Assembly: GCA_038153405.1 (NCBI GenBank)
Contig: JAYOYH010000004.1
Coordinates: 99,626-163,625, forward strand
DNA length: 64,000 bases
Origin: Gemmatimonadota bacterium
GTDB taxonomy: Bacteria; Latescibacterota; UBA2968; UBA8231
Direction of reading: 5' to 3'
The position numbers were made by a program, and so were the translations under genes. Positions 30,422 through 40,194 of this stretch are shown here, piece by piece; within the stretch, counting starts at the first letter, position 1; each line of letters begins with the position of its first letter. The notes beneath the pieces were generated by a model. That model did no database searches and was not told the DNA's origin. It saw only the letters and a program-made list of their open reading frames with translations.

Positions 30422-31312
30422 TTAGAACTGAGCTTTGATCATACCCCAGCTAGCGGCTTCAACAGCGGTAGAACCGCCTTCCGGCCATGCAATAGCCGGA
30501 TCCAACGGAGCAATCAACAGGTCCATATCGGCATGGCAGCAACCCTCAACCTGGGTGCCCCACTGACCGATGCGGTTGTCGCCTTCACCTTCACCACCAT
30601 CAACCTCGTTGACGATGAAACCGACGTGAATCGTCTCGCCTTCGGTCAAGTTGTGGATATTGACCTCAGCCTCCGTGGCTTCTTCGTTCTTGGGCATGCT
30701 GCTAATCGGCTGAATCGCGATTTCGTAGGTGTAGGTGCTCTCGCCAAACTCTTCGCCTTCGAAGCTAAAGTCGACGGTGAACCACTGCGAACCGCTGGTC
30801 AACCAGGGCAGGGTCTTGACCGGACGCAGCCACTCGAAAGTGCCTTCGACCGGTGGAAAAGCGAACTTGTACGAAAAGCTCGTGGCCGTCTCGCCAGCGT
30901 TGTGCTGGTCGCGGGCCTCGTGCAGTGCGTTGACGTCGATTTCCCAGCTATCATCCCAGAAAAACTTACCCGGGTCCTGACGGCGAATCACGTGAATATC
31001 GTCGTAGACGCGGCTCGTCATATAGAGATTGTTGCTTGCTTCGTTCCAACCGGCCAGGTGGCGAATGTTCAGCGAGCTAGCGTCGAGCTCTTCGATACCA
31101 GCTGCTTCGGCAAAGCCGTCCAGCGAGTTGAGACGGTCGTTCTGAATGCCGTACACATCGACGGGAATCATGGCCCAGTCGGCATCGCTACCGTCGATCA
31201 CGGGCTGATTGCCATCGGGAAACTGCACGGCAACCATCAGACCGTTGTCGTGGGCCTGTGCGGAAAACGCACCGACCAAAACAGCCGTCATCGCAAGGAT
31301 TGACTTCCTCAT
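30422..31312 (-). CDS. Secreted acidic CBM9/DOMON-like putative sugar-binding protein with TAVE..WG.IK tail
   Basis: Signal peptide (AQA-H); PVIDGSDADW, GWNEASNNLYMTSRVYDD, WDDSWEIDV pattern; ends STAVEAASWGMIKAQF; GAGGAG RBS. Confidence 0.7.
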   Translation of the reverse strand: MRKSILAMTAVLVGAFSAQAHDNGLMVAVQFPDGNQPVIDGSDADWAMIPVDVYGIQNDRLNSLDGFAEAAGIEELDASSLNIRHLAGWNEASNNLYMTSRVYDDIHVIRRQDPGKFFWDDSWEIDVNALHEARDQHNAGETATSFSYKFAFPPVEGTFEWLRPVKTLPWLTSGSQWFTVDFSFEGEEFGESTYTYEIAIQPISSMPKNEEATEAEVNIHNLTEGETIHVGFIVNEVDGGEGEGDNRIGQWGTQVEGCCHADMDLLIAPLDPAIAWPEGGSTAVEAASWGMIKAQF

Positions 31313-31446
31313 TGTCTTTCTCCTCAATAACAAGTTGGTTAAAAAAGACTTCACGTTTTGCCGTTAACAGCACGGCGAACTACTTCCTTACCTCCTTTCA
31401 CTTTCAACAAATGCAGCGATAGACACTGCATAGATAGACTGTTGGG

Positions 31447-34095
31447 CTATTCTAACCCAGCATACACGGTAATAAATGCCTGTGTTCCCGTACTGGATTC
31501 TGCTGCAGCAAAGTCCTTACGCTCCATGGACAGGCCGACGAGCGCCTTGATAACGTATCCCTGATAGGCTGACGTATTGTTAAACTGCACGGCTCCCAAA
31601 AGGGAATTAAAGTCGTTTACATCGTTATCCAAGTCGTTGAAGATCACGTACTCGACACCTGCCTGCAGTGATGTCACTTTGAGCAGCGGCAGTTCCACCA
31701 ACGTCGAGAAGATCTCCGTCAGCGATTTATTGCCGCGCTGAGTAAACAGGTCTCGACTCTGGTTTATGTATTCACTCTTCCAGCGCGGTTCGACACGAAT
31801 ACGGCCCAGATCGCGCTTGTAGCTCACTTTGTTGATAAGTCCGAAGAAGAAGTCCGACTTGTCCACGTTGTACTGCTCGCGCAGCTGGCGGTTCATTAAC
31901 TGCCGATAGAGCGTGTAGTTCACCTTGTTGGTCAGTTTAAACGCACCAACGCTCAGGTTATGCCCCAAATACGACTGGTTGACAAACGAATCGCGCGCGA
32001 TGAGCGGGTCTTCTATACGCGTTAGGCTACCGCCGCGCAGCGTATTATCGGGAGCCCACTGCAGCAGCGGATTGGCAATATCGTCTGCAACCCTCTTGTT
32101 CATTTGAAAGAAACGCACATTGCCGTAGCGCGGAGAGCTTCCATCATACGTGAGTAACACGTAATCACCGTGGTTTTTTTGGTCCGAAGAAATGAGCTCT
32201 TCGCGCAGTAAACCGACCATCAGGCGCATTCCCGGCAGCAGATTGACGCCGCCGTATACGTTGTAGCCACGGTGGTCTTTGCGATACGGGTAGTCAGGCA
32301 ATTCGTCGTTTTCGTACTGGTCGACCCAAAAGTTGTTGTTCATATCCATGCCGAACAGGAACTCTGGTCGATCTACGGAAAAGCGCAAAAAAGGCTCTTC
32401 GTAATCGGGCAGAGAGTTCATCTTTACCCGGTTGTCATTCTGGTTCAGATCAGGAAGAAAATCGTTATTGGCATCCCAGCCGGGAAAAACCTGACGATCG
32501 GGCGCATTCCAATCGGCTCTAAACCAATCGGGAATGCGGTCCTGGTCGTCGTTATCCTCGACCAATTCAACTATGCTGCCCGGATGTGAATAGTCGATGT
32601 CTCCCTGAGTGTCCGTAACAAACGACTGCGTATTGTAGAAGGGGTCCATCGAGTAGGCCTCGCCGTATGCGAAAAAGCGCTCCGACCTTTTGGACGCATT
32701 GATCATCCAAGCCGGCGACTTGCTCTTACCGCGTATACCCGATGTGGCCCTATGCGACTCCTCGAGTTGGTTGGGATATTTGCGAAAGCTCCAGCTTAAA
32801 TCGTACTCGGCATACAGATCGAGCCCCCACAGATCAGATATGTTCAACGTCCAACCCAGTACGCTGGTAGAGGTGGGCAGGCCATAGTCAAAACTGACGG
32901 TGCGCAGGTTGGTGATGTCCTGAATATTGCCTTCAGCTTGGGCCACCATCAGCAGCACGGGGTTTCCGCTGCGATCCGTCTGGCGGTCCGACGTCATCCA
33001 AATCTGATAGTCGTTGGCGACCACCAATTGGAACTCGACGCCCACCACTTCGGAAGCATCCCCCTTGGCCCGATTGACAAAGGCCGGCGTGTTGAAGTCG
33101 TAGAGGATGCGAATTTCTTCGTTTCCATCGGCGGAAATATACCCTCTATCGACCACACCTCCCTCGACGACGGGCAAGAATCGCAGGTCACTGCCCCGAT
33201 CAACGGAACCGTCGCGATAGGTTATGACAATATCCGAACCCGAAGGAAAATACGCCGCACCGCCGGTTCCATCTTCGGGTGAATCATCCCGCAGGACGAC
33301 CTGTATGGTAGATATCGTCTGGTTCTGCCGCGTAGTTAACCCTCCACGCAGCTGGTTCTCCACCAAATCATCCGAGCGCGTATTGGAATTGTGCGAGTTA
33401 ACGGCGTGTGCGCCAATCTTGACAAAATCGCCGACCTGCGTGGCGATGCGCGTCCCGAACAGCGTCGTATTATTGGTCTGCGAGACCTCTACGCCCTGCG
33501 TGCCGCGCGGCCCCGTAAAGCGCGCATAGACTATCGAGGCTTCGTGCTTGTCGTTTGCCAGGTCAAACTGAATGCCGTCCAAGCGCGGCTTGGAAAATGA
33601 CATCGGCGTAAATGTCGTGCGCAGATTCGAACTAATAGTCAGCCCGTAGTGGTACTGGCCCCTGTGATCGCCTGCGACCACGAGTTCGGCAAACCAGGAG
33701 CGAAAGCGATTGGCTTTAAATAGCACATTGCCAAAGTCTTGGCCACTGGTCTCACCGCTGTTAAATATTAGCCATCCCTGCGATAGGCGGTTGCCGTACA
33801 AATCGTAGAAGTAGTCACCCGTCAGGCTGATATCGACCGGCCGCAGATACGGTTCGCGCGCGTAGTTGGTATACTCCCACTGGCGCCAGCGATACTCTGG
33901 GTAAAGCTCTTGAGGGACGTACCAACGCCGCACAGCGGGATCAACCGTCCCGACGTTTACATCGACCCCCTGTGGAGCATAGCTGATATCGTCTCTAAAC
34001 TGCTGTCCCAATAGCGTTCCGTAGTTGATCTGAGCCTCTGCGGAATGGCAAAGCAGCATGAGAAAGAAGAAACTATGGCGGCACAATTTATGCAT
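31447..34095 (-). CDS. Large exported protein, putative outer-membrane beta-barrel with Asp/Asn Ca-binding-like motifs (paralog B)
   Basis: Signal peptide (AEA-Q) from ATG 34095; collinear similarity to 40195-42867; amphipathic C-terminal strands ending FITVYAGLE. Confidence 0.7.
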   Translation of the reverse strand: MHKLCRHSFFFLMLLCHSAEAQINYGTLLGQQFRDDISYAPQGVDVNVGTVDPAVRRWYVPQELYPEYRWRQWEYTNYAREPYLRPVDISLTGDYFYDLYGNRLSQGWLIFNSGETSGQDFGNVLFKANRFRSWFAELVVAGDHRGQYHYGLTISSNLRTTFTPMSFSKPRLDGIQFDLANDKHEASIVYARFTGPRGTQGVEVSQTNNTTLFGTRIATQVGDFVKIGAHAVNSHNSNTRSDDLVENQLRGGLTTRQNQTISTIQVVLRDDSPEDGTGGAAYFPSGSDIVITYRDGSVDRGSDLRFLPVVEGGVVDRGYISADGNEEIRILYDFNTPAFVNRAKGDASEVVGVEFQLVVANDYQIWMTSDRQTDRSGNPVLLMVAQAEGNIQDITNLRTVSFDYGLPTSTSVLGWTLNISDLWGLDLYAEYDLSWSFRKYPNQLEESHRATSGIRGKSKSPAWMINASKRSERFFAYGEAYSMDPFYNTQSFVTDTQGDIDYSHPGSIVELVEDNDDQDRIPDWFRADWNAPDRQVFPGWDANNDFLPDLNQNDNRVKMNSLPDYEEPFLRFSVDRPEFLFGMDMNNNFWVDQYENDELPDYPYRKDHRGYNVYGGVNLLPGMRLMVGLLREELISSDQKNHGDYVLLTYDGSSPRYGNVRFFQMNKRVADDIANPLLQWAPDNTLRGGSLTRIEDPLIARDSFVNQSYLGHNLSVGAFKLTNKVNYTLYRQLMNRQLREQYNVDKSDFFFGLINKVSYKRDLGRIRVEPRWKSEYINQSRDLFTQRGNKSLTEIFSTLVELPLLKVTSLQAGVEYVIFNDLDNDVNDFNSLLGAVQFNNTSAYQGYVIKALVGLSMERKDFAAAESSTGTQAFITVYAGLE

Positions 34096-34123
34096 AAAAT
34101 TCCCTGCCCAATTAAGACCTCGG

Positions 34124-36139
34124 CTAATAGGCGACCGAAACGATACCGGTAGCCATCTTGCTGCCGCCGTCCACGTCGAGTTCAACCTGATACATGTATA
34201 TGCCCGGGCTAACCAGCACTCCGCCCTCGTCGCGGCCATCCCAGGCAATTCCAAACGATCCGCTGCGCGTCAATTCGTTGCCTATGCGGCGCACTAAACG
34301 CCCCGTTAGGTCGAATACGTTTACCGCAACCTCCGCATTGCCCTCGACGTTGCGCACGTCGTATTCGATAAGCACCTGGTCGTTGATTCCATCGCCGTTG
34401 GGTGTCAATACGTTTGACGATAGCTGCACATCGCTAATCAACTGGCCGCTCATCGGCGTGCGCACAGCGAGTACATCTCCGCCAAAGCGAAAGGTCGCAT
34501 TGCCCGGTTTAATCTGCTGTTTCAACTCCGGCTCTGCGCTGTCGTATACCCAACCCGTAAACTCCGTGCCAAACCGCAGCACCTTGGCATCGAATACCAC
34601 CTCTATGCGCTTTTCGTTATCCTGCGGAGCCACCAGTCGGTCAAAGCTCAATACAATTCGATCGTCCTCGATCTCAGGCGGAAAGCGATCGATCATCTCG
34701 ACGCCGTCGACCAATACCGACTGAACCGACTGAACGCGCGTCTGCGTGAAGATCTCTAGTTTGTCAAAACCCTTGTCGCCCGTATCCAGCAGCGGCCGCA
34801 CGACGTAGGTGAACGTGTGCACGTCAAAGCTCTCCGTCACCAACGGCCAGATCTCGCCCAGGACTTCCTGCGCGGCCGGCTGTTCATCAAAGAGAAATGC
34901 CATCTCGTCTATGCGCGGTGCAATCTGGCCGCTGCTGCGAAAAACAACCTGAAACTGCAGATAGCGCGTGGGACTCGGAGACTGCACGACGACGCCATCT
35001 ACCCACTCTTCACTCGGGTACTGTTCGTCTTGCAGACCGGCGTTAAAATCGTACGGCGGCGACCAGGTCGACCATGCTTCGCGGTTGTATTCGCGCCGAA
35101 TCTGGCCATACAAACCCGAGTTGTATGCGCCGCGATACTCGCTTTGTGTCACTTGCTCGAACTCCCCAGTGCTACCCACGCGCCAGAATATGTACGGCTG
35201 AGGCGTGTTGCCGGTCCGCGTGCGCAGCATGATCTCGCTGCCCTCGGGAAACGCACCCTTCCAGCGCACCTTACTCCATGCAACGGGTTTGCCAAAGTCC
35301 AGCACAGGGCTGGTATAGCTCGTGTTGGTGACATAGCCATCGCCGTAAATTTCAAATTCGGCAATCTCCCAATCGCGTTCGGCATTGATCGGGCGTATTG
35401 CAATCCAATGCAAATCGCGCGTTGGAAAACGCAAATCCACTACGGCGTCCAAGTTTTCCGTGTTGCGCTGCAAAATATCCAGAGCCGGGTCGTTGGCCGC
35501 CGTTAGCGTGCGGTCAATGTCTCGGTACCAGCGCTTGCCGGGCTGGTTCATCCCCGGAGCCGCAACAAAGGGCGCCGTGCCATCCGCCACGCCAATCTCG
35601 TACCACTGCAGATAGTTTTCTTCAAAACCCGGGCGGGGATAAAATCGGATGCGGTTAATAGGCAGCTCTGCTCCCAGGTTAACTATCAGGTTTTTCACAT
35701 AACCGATGTTGAGACCCTGTAAACGCGGCGAAAACTCAACGCGCCGCAGCAGCGCAGTTGAGGGATCGCCGTCAATCAGTACCTGCAGTGCCTTCGTTGC
35801 CTCACGCGCGTATGAAGCACTCACGCTGGAGTTGAGGTGGCCTTTGCGATCGGCCAGGCTGCGCGATAGGTTTTCGTTTGGATCGATCCACACCGGACCG
35901 ATACTGTTATTGGCGTAGTCAATCATCGTGTCGATACCCGCAACTTCCGGCGCATAGTTGACCGAGCCCGTCGCCGTAACTACACCGCTCCGATCCACGA
36001 TCAGATAGACCGCATTTTCGCCCGTTATCAGCCCCTGCCACGTGTTGCCATCAACGCCGCCCAGACGAAACTCGGATCGAGCCCACAGGCCATCGGCCAA
36101 AAACAAGAGCAATCCCATAAAGACGAATCGTCGCATCAT
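34124..36139 (-). CDS. Secreted protein with discoidin-like domain and FlgD-Ig-like C-terminal domain
   Basis: Signal peptide; VNLGAELPINRIRFYPR; RTRTG..WSTWS..SPSPTRYLQ; LTPNGDGIND..WDGRD..VSPGIY. Confidence 0.75.
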   Translation of the reverse strand: MMRRFVFMGLLLFLADGLWARSEFRLGGVDGNTWQGLITGENAVYLIVDRSGVVTATGSVNYAPEVAGIDTMIDYANNSIGPVWIDPNENLSRSLADRKGHLNSSVSASYAREATKALQVLIDGDPSTALLRRVEFSPRLQGLNIGYVKNLIVNLGAELPINRIRFYPRPGFEENYLQWYEIGVADGTAPFVAAPGMNQPGKRWYRDIDRTLTAANDPALDILQRNTENLDAVVDLRFPTRDLHWIAIRPINAERDWEIAEFEIYGDGYVTNTSYTSPVLDFGKPVAWSKVRWKGAFPEGSEIMLRTRTGNTPQPYIFWRVGSTGEFEQVTQSEYRGAYNSGLYGQIRREYNREAWSTWSPPYDFNAGLQDEQYPSEEWVDGVVVQSPSPTRYLQFQVVFRSSGQIAPRIDEMAFLFDEQPAAQEVLGEIWPLVTESFDVHTFTYVVRPLLDTGDKGFDKLEIFTQTRVQSVQSVLVDGVEMIDRFPPEIEDDRIVLSFDRLVAPQDNEKRIEVVFDAKVLRFGTEFTGWVYDSAEPELKQQIKPGNATFRFGGDVLAVRTPMSGQLISDVQLSSNVLTPNGDGINDQVLIEYDVRNVEGNAEVAVNVFDLTGRLVRRIGNELTRSGSFGIAWDGRDEGGVLVSPGIYMYQVELDVDGGSKMATGIVSVAY

Positions 36140-36167
36140 AATCGCATCTCCGAGCTCAGATTACACA

Positions 36168-38264
36168 TCAATACGCCACGCCAAATGGCTGAATAGTAGC
36201 ACTAGAACGCGCATCGCCCTCCACTTCAACTTGTAGCAAATAGAGACCCGGCGGCACCAACTCCCCGCCGTCATTGCGACCATCCCAGTTCAACTCGGGC
36301 TGGCTGTCGGCGCTGTAAATTCCGTTGTCGGCCAGTCCAACATACAGTCTGCGCACGCTCTGTCCCGCCAGGTTGAATATTTCCACGGAGACCCGTGCCT
36401 CACCGACGACGGCGAGAATTTCATAGCTCATTTGCAAGCGGTCGTTTACTGCGTCGCCGTTGGGCGTCACCACGGTTGTTGAGACATTTAACGCACCGAC
36501 CAGGCTGCCCGAGTTAACGCTCGGGCTCAGCACCGTAATATCAGATTTAAACGGCACGTCTTCGTCGTCGAGCAAAGCCGCATCGCCGGCAACGACGCCC
36601 TGAAAGGCCTCCTCAGCCAACAGCAGCACCCGACCTTCAAAGGTCGTGCTAAAGGACAGCACGCGGCTGACAAAGTGCACTTTAACCACCGAATTGTTGT
36701 CCAATACGCGCGGAAAGCGCACCACAAACCCATCGTCTGTTATGGAGACAATCTCCACATCGTCTTCTGCAGTAGGACGATCCTGAGTAACAAACGTGTG
36801 ATCAATCACGGCACTGCCTGTACCATCCAGAATTTCTATTCGATCAATACTCTTCACGCGCGTGCCCGTGGTCAATTCGAGCGTGTCAAAGCCCTGTATC
36901 TGTCCGCTGGTCATGTCGGTGCGCAGCGCATACACAAAGGGAATGTCCGTAGCCGCCGGCACTTCGCGCGGAAAGATTTCGCCAACGATCTCATCGGCCA
37001 GCGGCGGCGAGGTAAAGTCAAAGGAAAGCTGATCCAGCGCGTAGCTGGCCTCTAAATCTTCGCTGAGAAAATCGACGCGAAACTGAATATACTGACGAGG
37101 TCCAGGTGATATGATGGGCACGCCGTTTTCACTGGTGCCGTCTTCTAGTGAGTAGGGTGAAGTCCACGGGCTCCAGTTTTCAAGATCGTCGCGCACCGAA
37201 CCGCGTTCCCATTCATCAGACTGACCACCTTTTTCGGGCAGGCGAAGATATTCACGACGCTCCAACGGCTGCGTGGGGTCGCTCACCGAGAGCGGTATCT
37301 CTTGTGCATCCTGCAAACCGACGCGCTTGCGCGTGTAGGCGAACGGCGTGGAATCGCTGCCGCTGCGCGAGCGAATCTGCATATCAACCCGATCTGCATT
37401 GCCAACCAAATTCTGCAGCCAGCGCAAGCGCCCCCAGTTGGCAGGAGACCCCATGTCGATTACGGGCGATATGTAGCGCGCCGTAGGAAAGAACCCCTCT
37501 CCAAATACCTGAATTTTCTCTATTTCAAACGGAATCGAAGACGTCGCACGCAGACGCAAAAAACGCAGCAGGCGAGGGGGGTCGATGTTGATTTCCGTTA
37601 TCGGGCTGTCGTTGTTGGTGCGCGTTTCGTATAGCTCCCAGATCGGATTACCCGCTTCTGTCAGCACCACGCCATCGTTGATACTCACTTCAAAGTTTTT
37701 GAGGAAGTCGCCTTGAAACGGCGTGGCTGGGGACGGGAATACGGTATTCCGAGGAAAGAATCGCAGCTGATTCACCCCAAAGCGCCCACCCAAATCCAAC
37801 ACCATGAGCGTGCCGAGAACAAAGTTTCCCTTGCGCTCAAATGCCCTTCCATTCGGCGACGACGTAATGAGTTGGTCGAGCGTCTGGCGCAGCTGTGCAT
37901 CGGATATATCGAGCACCGTTGGCGCCGTGAGCCGACCGCCCCGTTCGCTTATTTGCGTCGCAATGTTTTCGCCGACACCGACGCGGCCCGGCAATATACT
38001 ACCGGGGAAATCGGCGCTGGAAAAATCGATCAGCTTCGAGGGTGTATTCCCTATTTCCGTAACGGTGGGATCGAGCGGCGAGCGATATTCGGGATCAATT
38101 GCAGAGAATACAACTCCGCTTACCACGTCGCCCTCCCAACTGATCTGACCGTCTCTGCCGAGCGTTAATACCTCGGCAGCGTCTGCGCTAGGCAGACTCC
38201 CCAGACAGGCCAGCAGAGCGCCGGACGCGCACCAACTCAGCAACTTGCTTCTCATGCTCCTCAT
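36168..38264 (-). CDS. Secreted protein with discoidin-like domain and FlgD-Ig-like C-terminal domain
   Basis: Signal peptide; LDLGGRFGVNQLRFFPR; RSRSG..WSPWT..SPGPRQYIQ; TPNGDAVND..WDGRN..VPPGLY; start may be 38255. Confidence 0.75.
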   Translation of the reverse strand: MRSMRSKLLSWCASGALLACLGSLPSADAAEVLTLGRDGQISWEGDVVSGVVFSAIDPEYRSPLDPTVTEIGNTPSKLIDFSSADFPGSILPGRVGVGENIATQISERGGRLTAPTVLDISDAQLRQTLDQLITSSPNGRAFERKGNFVLGTLMVLDLGGRFGVNQLRFFPRNTVFPSPATPFQGDFLKNFEVSINDGVVLTEAGNPIWELYETRTNNDSPITEINIDPPRLLRFLRLRATSSIPFEIEKIQVFGEGFFPTARYISPVIDMGSPANWGRLRWLQNLVGNADRVDMQIRSRSGSDSTPFAYTRKRVGLQDAQEIPLSVSDPTQPLERREYLRLPEKGGQSDEWERGSVRDDLENWSPWTSPYSLEDGTSENGVPIISPGPRQYIQFRVDFLSEDLEASYALDQLSFDFTSPPLADEIVGEIFPREVPAATDIPFVYALRTDMTSGQIQGFDTLELTTGTRVKSIDRIEILDGTGSAVIDHTFVTQDRPTAEDDVEIVSITDDGFVVRFPRVLDNNSVVKVHFVSRVLSFSTTFEGRVLLLAEEAFQGVVAGDAALLDDEDVPFKSDITVLSPSVNSGSLVGALNVSTTVVTPNGDAVNDRLQMSYEILAVVGEARVSVEIFNLAGQSVRRLYVGLADNGIYSADSQPELNWDGRNDGGELVPPGLYLLQVEVEGDARSSATIQPFGVAY

Positions 38265-40159
38265 TCCCCGAATTGTCTCAGTACGGCGTTCAAATCGTCT
38301 TCCATCGCTTGCTGCACTTCAGCGTGCCGCTTGCGCGTTTCGAATAGTCTGCGAGCGGCTTCTGCTTCTTCCAATCGCCCCACGCGATAGTATAGCTTGC
38401 CGAGAAAGAAATGCGCTCGGTAGCCATCGGGCTCTATATCCCGCAGGTGCTCAAATACGGACAGCGCCTCTACAAAGCGCTCGTCAACGGCCAACAGCTT
38501 GCCCAACTCCCACAGGGCCGAAGGCTGGTCGGGATCCATGGCCAACACGGCATTCAACGCCTCCTCGGCGGCTTGCCTTTCGCCTCGCTCGACCAACAAG
38601 ACCGCCGAACGCCAACCGGCCTCTACGCTCCAGGCCGAGTGCGCGCTCAACAAACTATACGCTTCCAACGCTTCGTCTAGGCGCCCTACCGATTCACACA
38701 ATCGGGCCAATCCATAGCGCACGCGCGCGCTGTCCGGATGGCTAACCAACGCCTCGCGATAGGCTTCTAACGCCCCTTCGACATCTCCCATGAGCAGGCG
38801 AGCATCGCCGAGCACACCCAGCCAGCGATCGCCTTTCGTGTCGCCGTCGCTCAGTGCCTGATATTCTTTCGCTGCCTCGCGCGGCATATCGGCGAGCATA
38901 TACGTACGGGCCTGCTCGGCGCGAATGTTCAGACCAATCGCATCGGTGAATTTTGCCCGCGCTTGCTCATAGACCCGACCGGCGCGCCGATAGTCACCCA
39001 TTTCCCCATAGAGTCGAGCTAGGCCCACATATGCTCCAACTGGGGCCGAATCAAATCCAATGGCTGACTCGTACTCCCTTGCCGCATTGGCACTCATCGC
39101 CAATTGCTCGTAAGCGCGTGCGCGCACCTGACGCTCATGCACTGTTCCCCGTTCCTGCCAGACGTGCCCCCCGCGGTTGCACACGACGACAAGCGCCGCA
39201 AGCACGACCCAACCCAGCACCGCGCGCCGACCGGGCAGCACGCCTACCCACAGTTGCACGATCCCCTGCGCCGCTGCCAGCAGCAGTATTGGCACAGCCA
39301 CTGTGCGCAGCGCGGGATGCCCACCGTGTGGGACGGTGAGGGCTATGACCGCTAGGCAAACCACCAGAACGAACTTTTTTTCTGCGACCGCTCTGCTCCG
39401 CCAAAGGGCGAACAAACCCAACAACATTAGAGGCCCTATTGCACCCCAGGGAAAAAACAGCCACCGGTGCCACAGCAGCGCGGCAACGATGGTTTCCTCT
39501 GTCGCCAGATAGGGATCGGCCAAATCGGCCCATTCTCCGCCCCAGAAAAATCGCGCCAGAGCCGAAGGCCAATCGGCCGCCCCTGCAGGCTGTAGCGCTG
39601 ACCATCCTCCGGTCCACAGCAGCATCGAAAGCAGGCCCAACAGCCAACCGCCCACCATAAACGCCGCATGGCGCGATGCCCTTTTGCCAGCCCACCAAAT
39701 GCCGACCACGACCAGCAGGCGAACCGGCCCCGATAGCGCGCTCGCCATGCCAAGCAGGAGTCCGGTCCAGACTGAATGGACGCGCCAGACGACCAGCGAC
39801 GTCAGACCGACAAGCGATAAAAATGCGGCCCAAGATCCAGCACCGACCTGTCCTTCCATGTATATAGACGGACCGTAACAAGCGGCCATTGCGCCCGCTA
39901 AAAAGCCCACCCCATGGCCCAACAAGGTCGCTGCCAACTTCCAAACCAGCAGGCAGTTGACCACGCCGATACCCAGTTGAAGACCGATCAGCACCCCCTG
40001 CGATACACCCCACTGGCTCCACATGCCATCGGCTTGCGCCGCCGCGCTCAAGGGATCCTGGCCGACCTGCCATAGATAGACGACTCGCCACAGCAGGGCC
40101 ACTAGCCCAATGGCCACTACAGCCAAGAGCGAACCTCCACTCGCGCGCTCCCAATTCAC
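38261..40159 (-). CDS. Polytopic membrane protein (GT-C/ArnT-PMT-like) fused to TPR domain
   Basis: About ten hydrophobic segments including QLGIGVVNCLLVWKLA..AGAMAACYGPSIYMEG, then several TPR-like repeats. Confidence 0.65.
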   Translation of the reverse strand: MNWERASGGSLLAVVAIGLVALLWRVVYLWQVGQDPLSAAAQADGMWSQWGVSQGVLIGLQLGIGVVNCLLVWKLAATLLGHGVGFLAGAMAACYGPSIYMEGQVGAGSWAAFLSLVGLTSLVVWRVHSVWTGLLLGMASALSGPVRLLVVVGIWWAGKRASRHAAFMVGGWLLGLLSMLLWTGGWSALQPAGAADWPSALARFFWGGEWADLADPYLATEETIVAALLWHRWLFFPWGAIGPLMLLGLFALWRSRAVAEKKFVLVVCLAVIALTVPHGGHPALRTVAVPILLLAAAQGIVQLWVGVLPGRRAVLGWVVLAALVVVCNRGGHVWQERGTVHERQVRARAYEQLAMSANAAREYESAIGFDSAPVGAYVGLARLYGEMGDYRRAGRVYEQARAKFTDAIGLNIRAEQARTYMLADMPREAAKEYQALSDGDTKGDRWLGVLGDARLLMGDVEGALEAYREALVSHPDSARVRYGLARLCESVGRLDEALEAYSLLSAHSAWSVEAGWRSAVLLVERGERQAAEEALNAVLAMDPDQPSALWELGKLLAVDERFVEALSVFEHLRDIEPDGYRAHFFLGKLYYRVGRLEEAEAARRLFETRKRHAEVQQAMEDDLNAVLRQFGE

Positions 40160-40194
40160 TTGGCCGATATCTCATGGCGCGTTTGCATACCCTG

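Noticed and set aside
31447..34095. Calling the large paralogs SusC/TonB-dependent receptors
   Set aside because: No recognisable TonB box, plug motif or terminal Phe; left as unknown barrel-like proteins.
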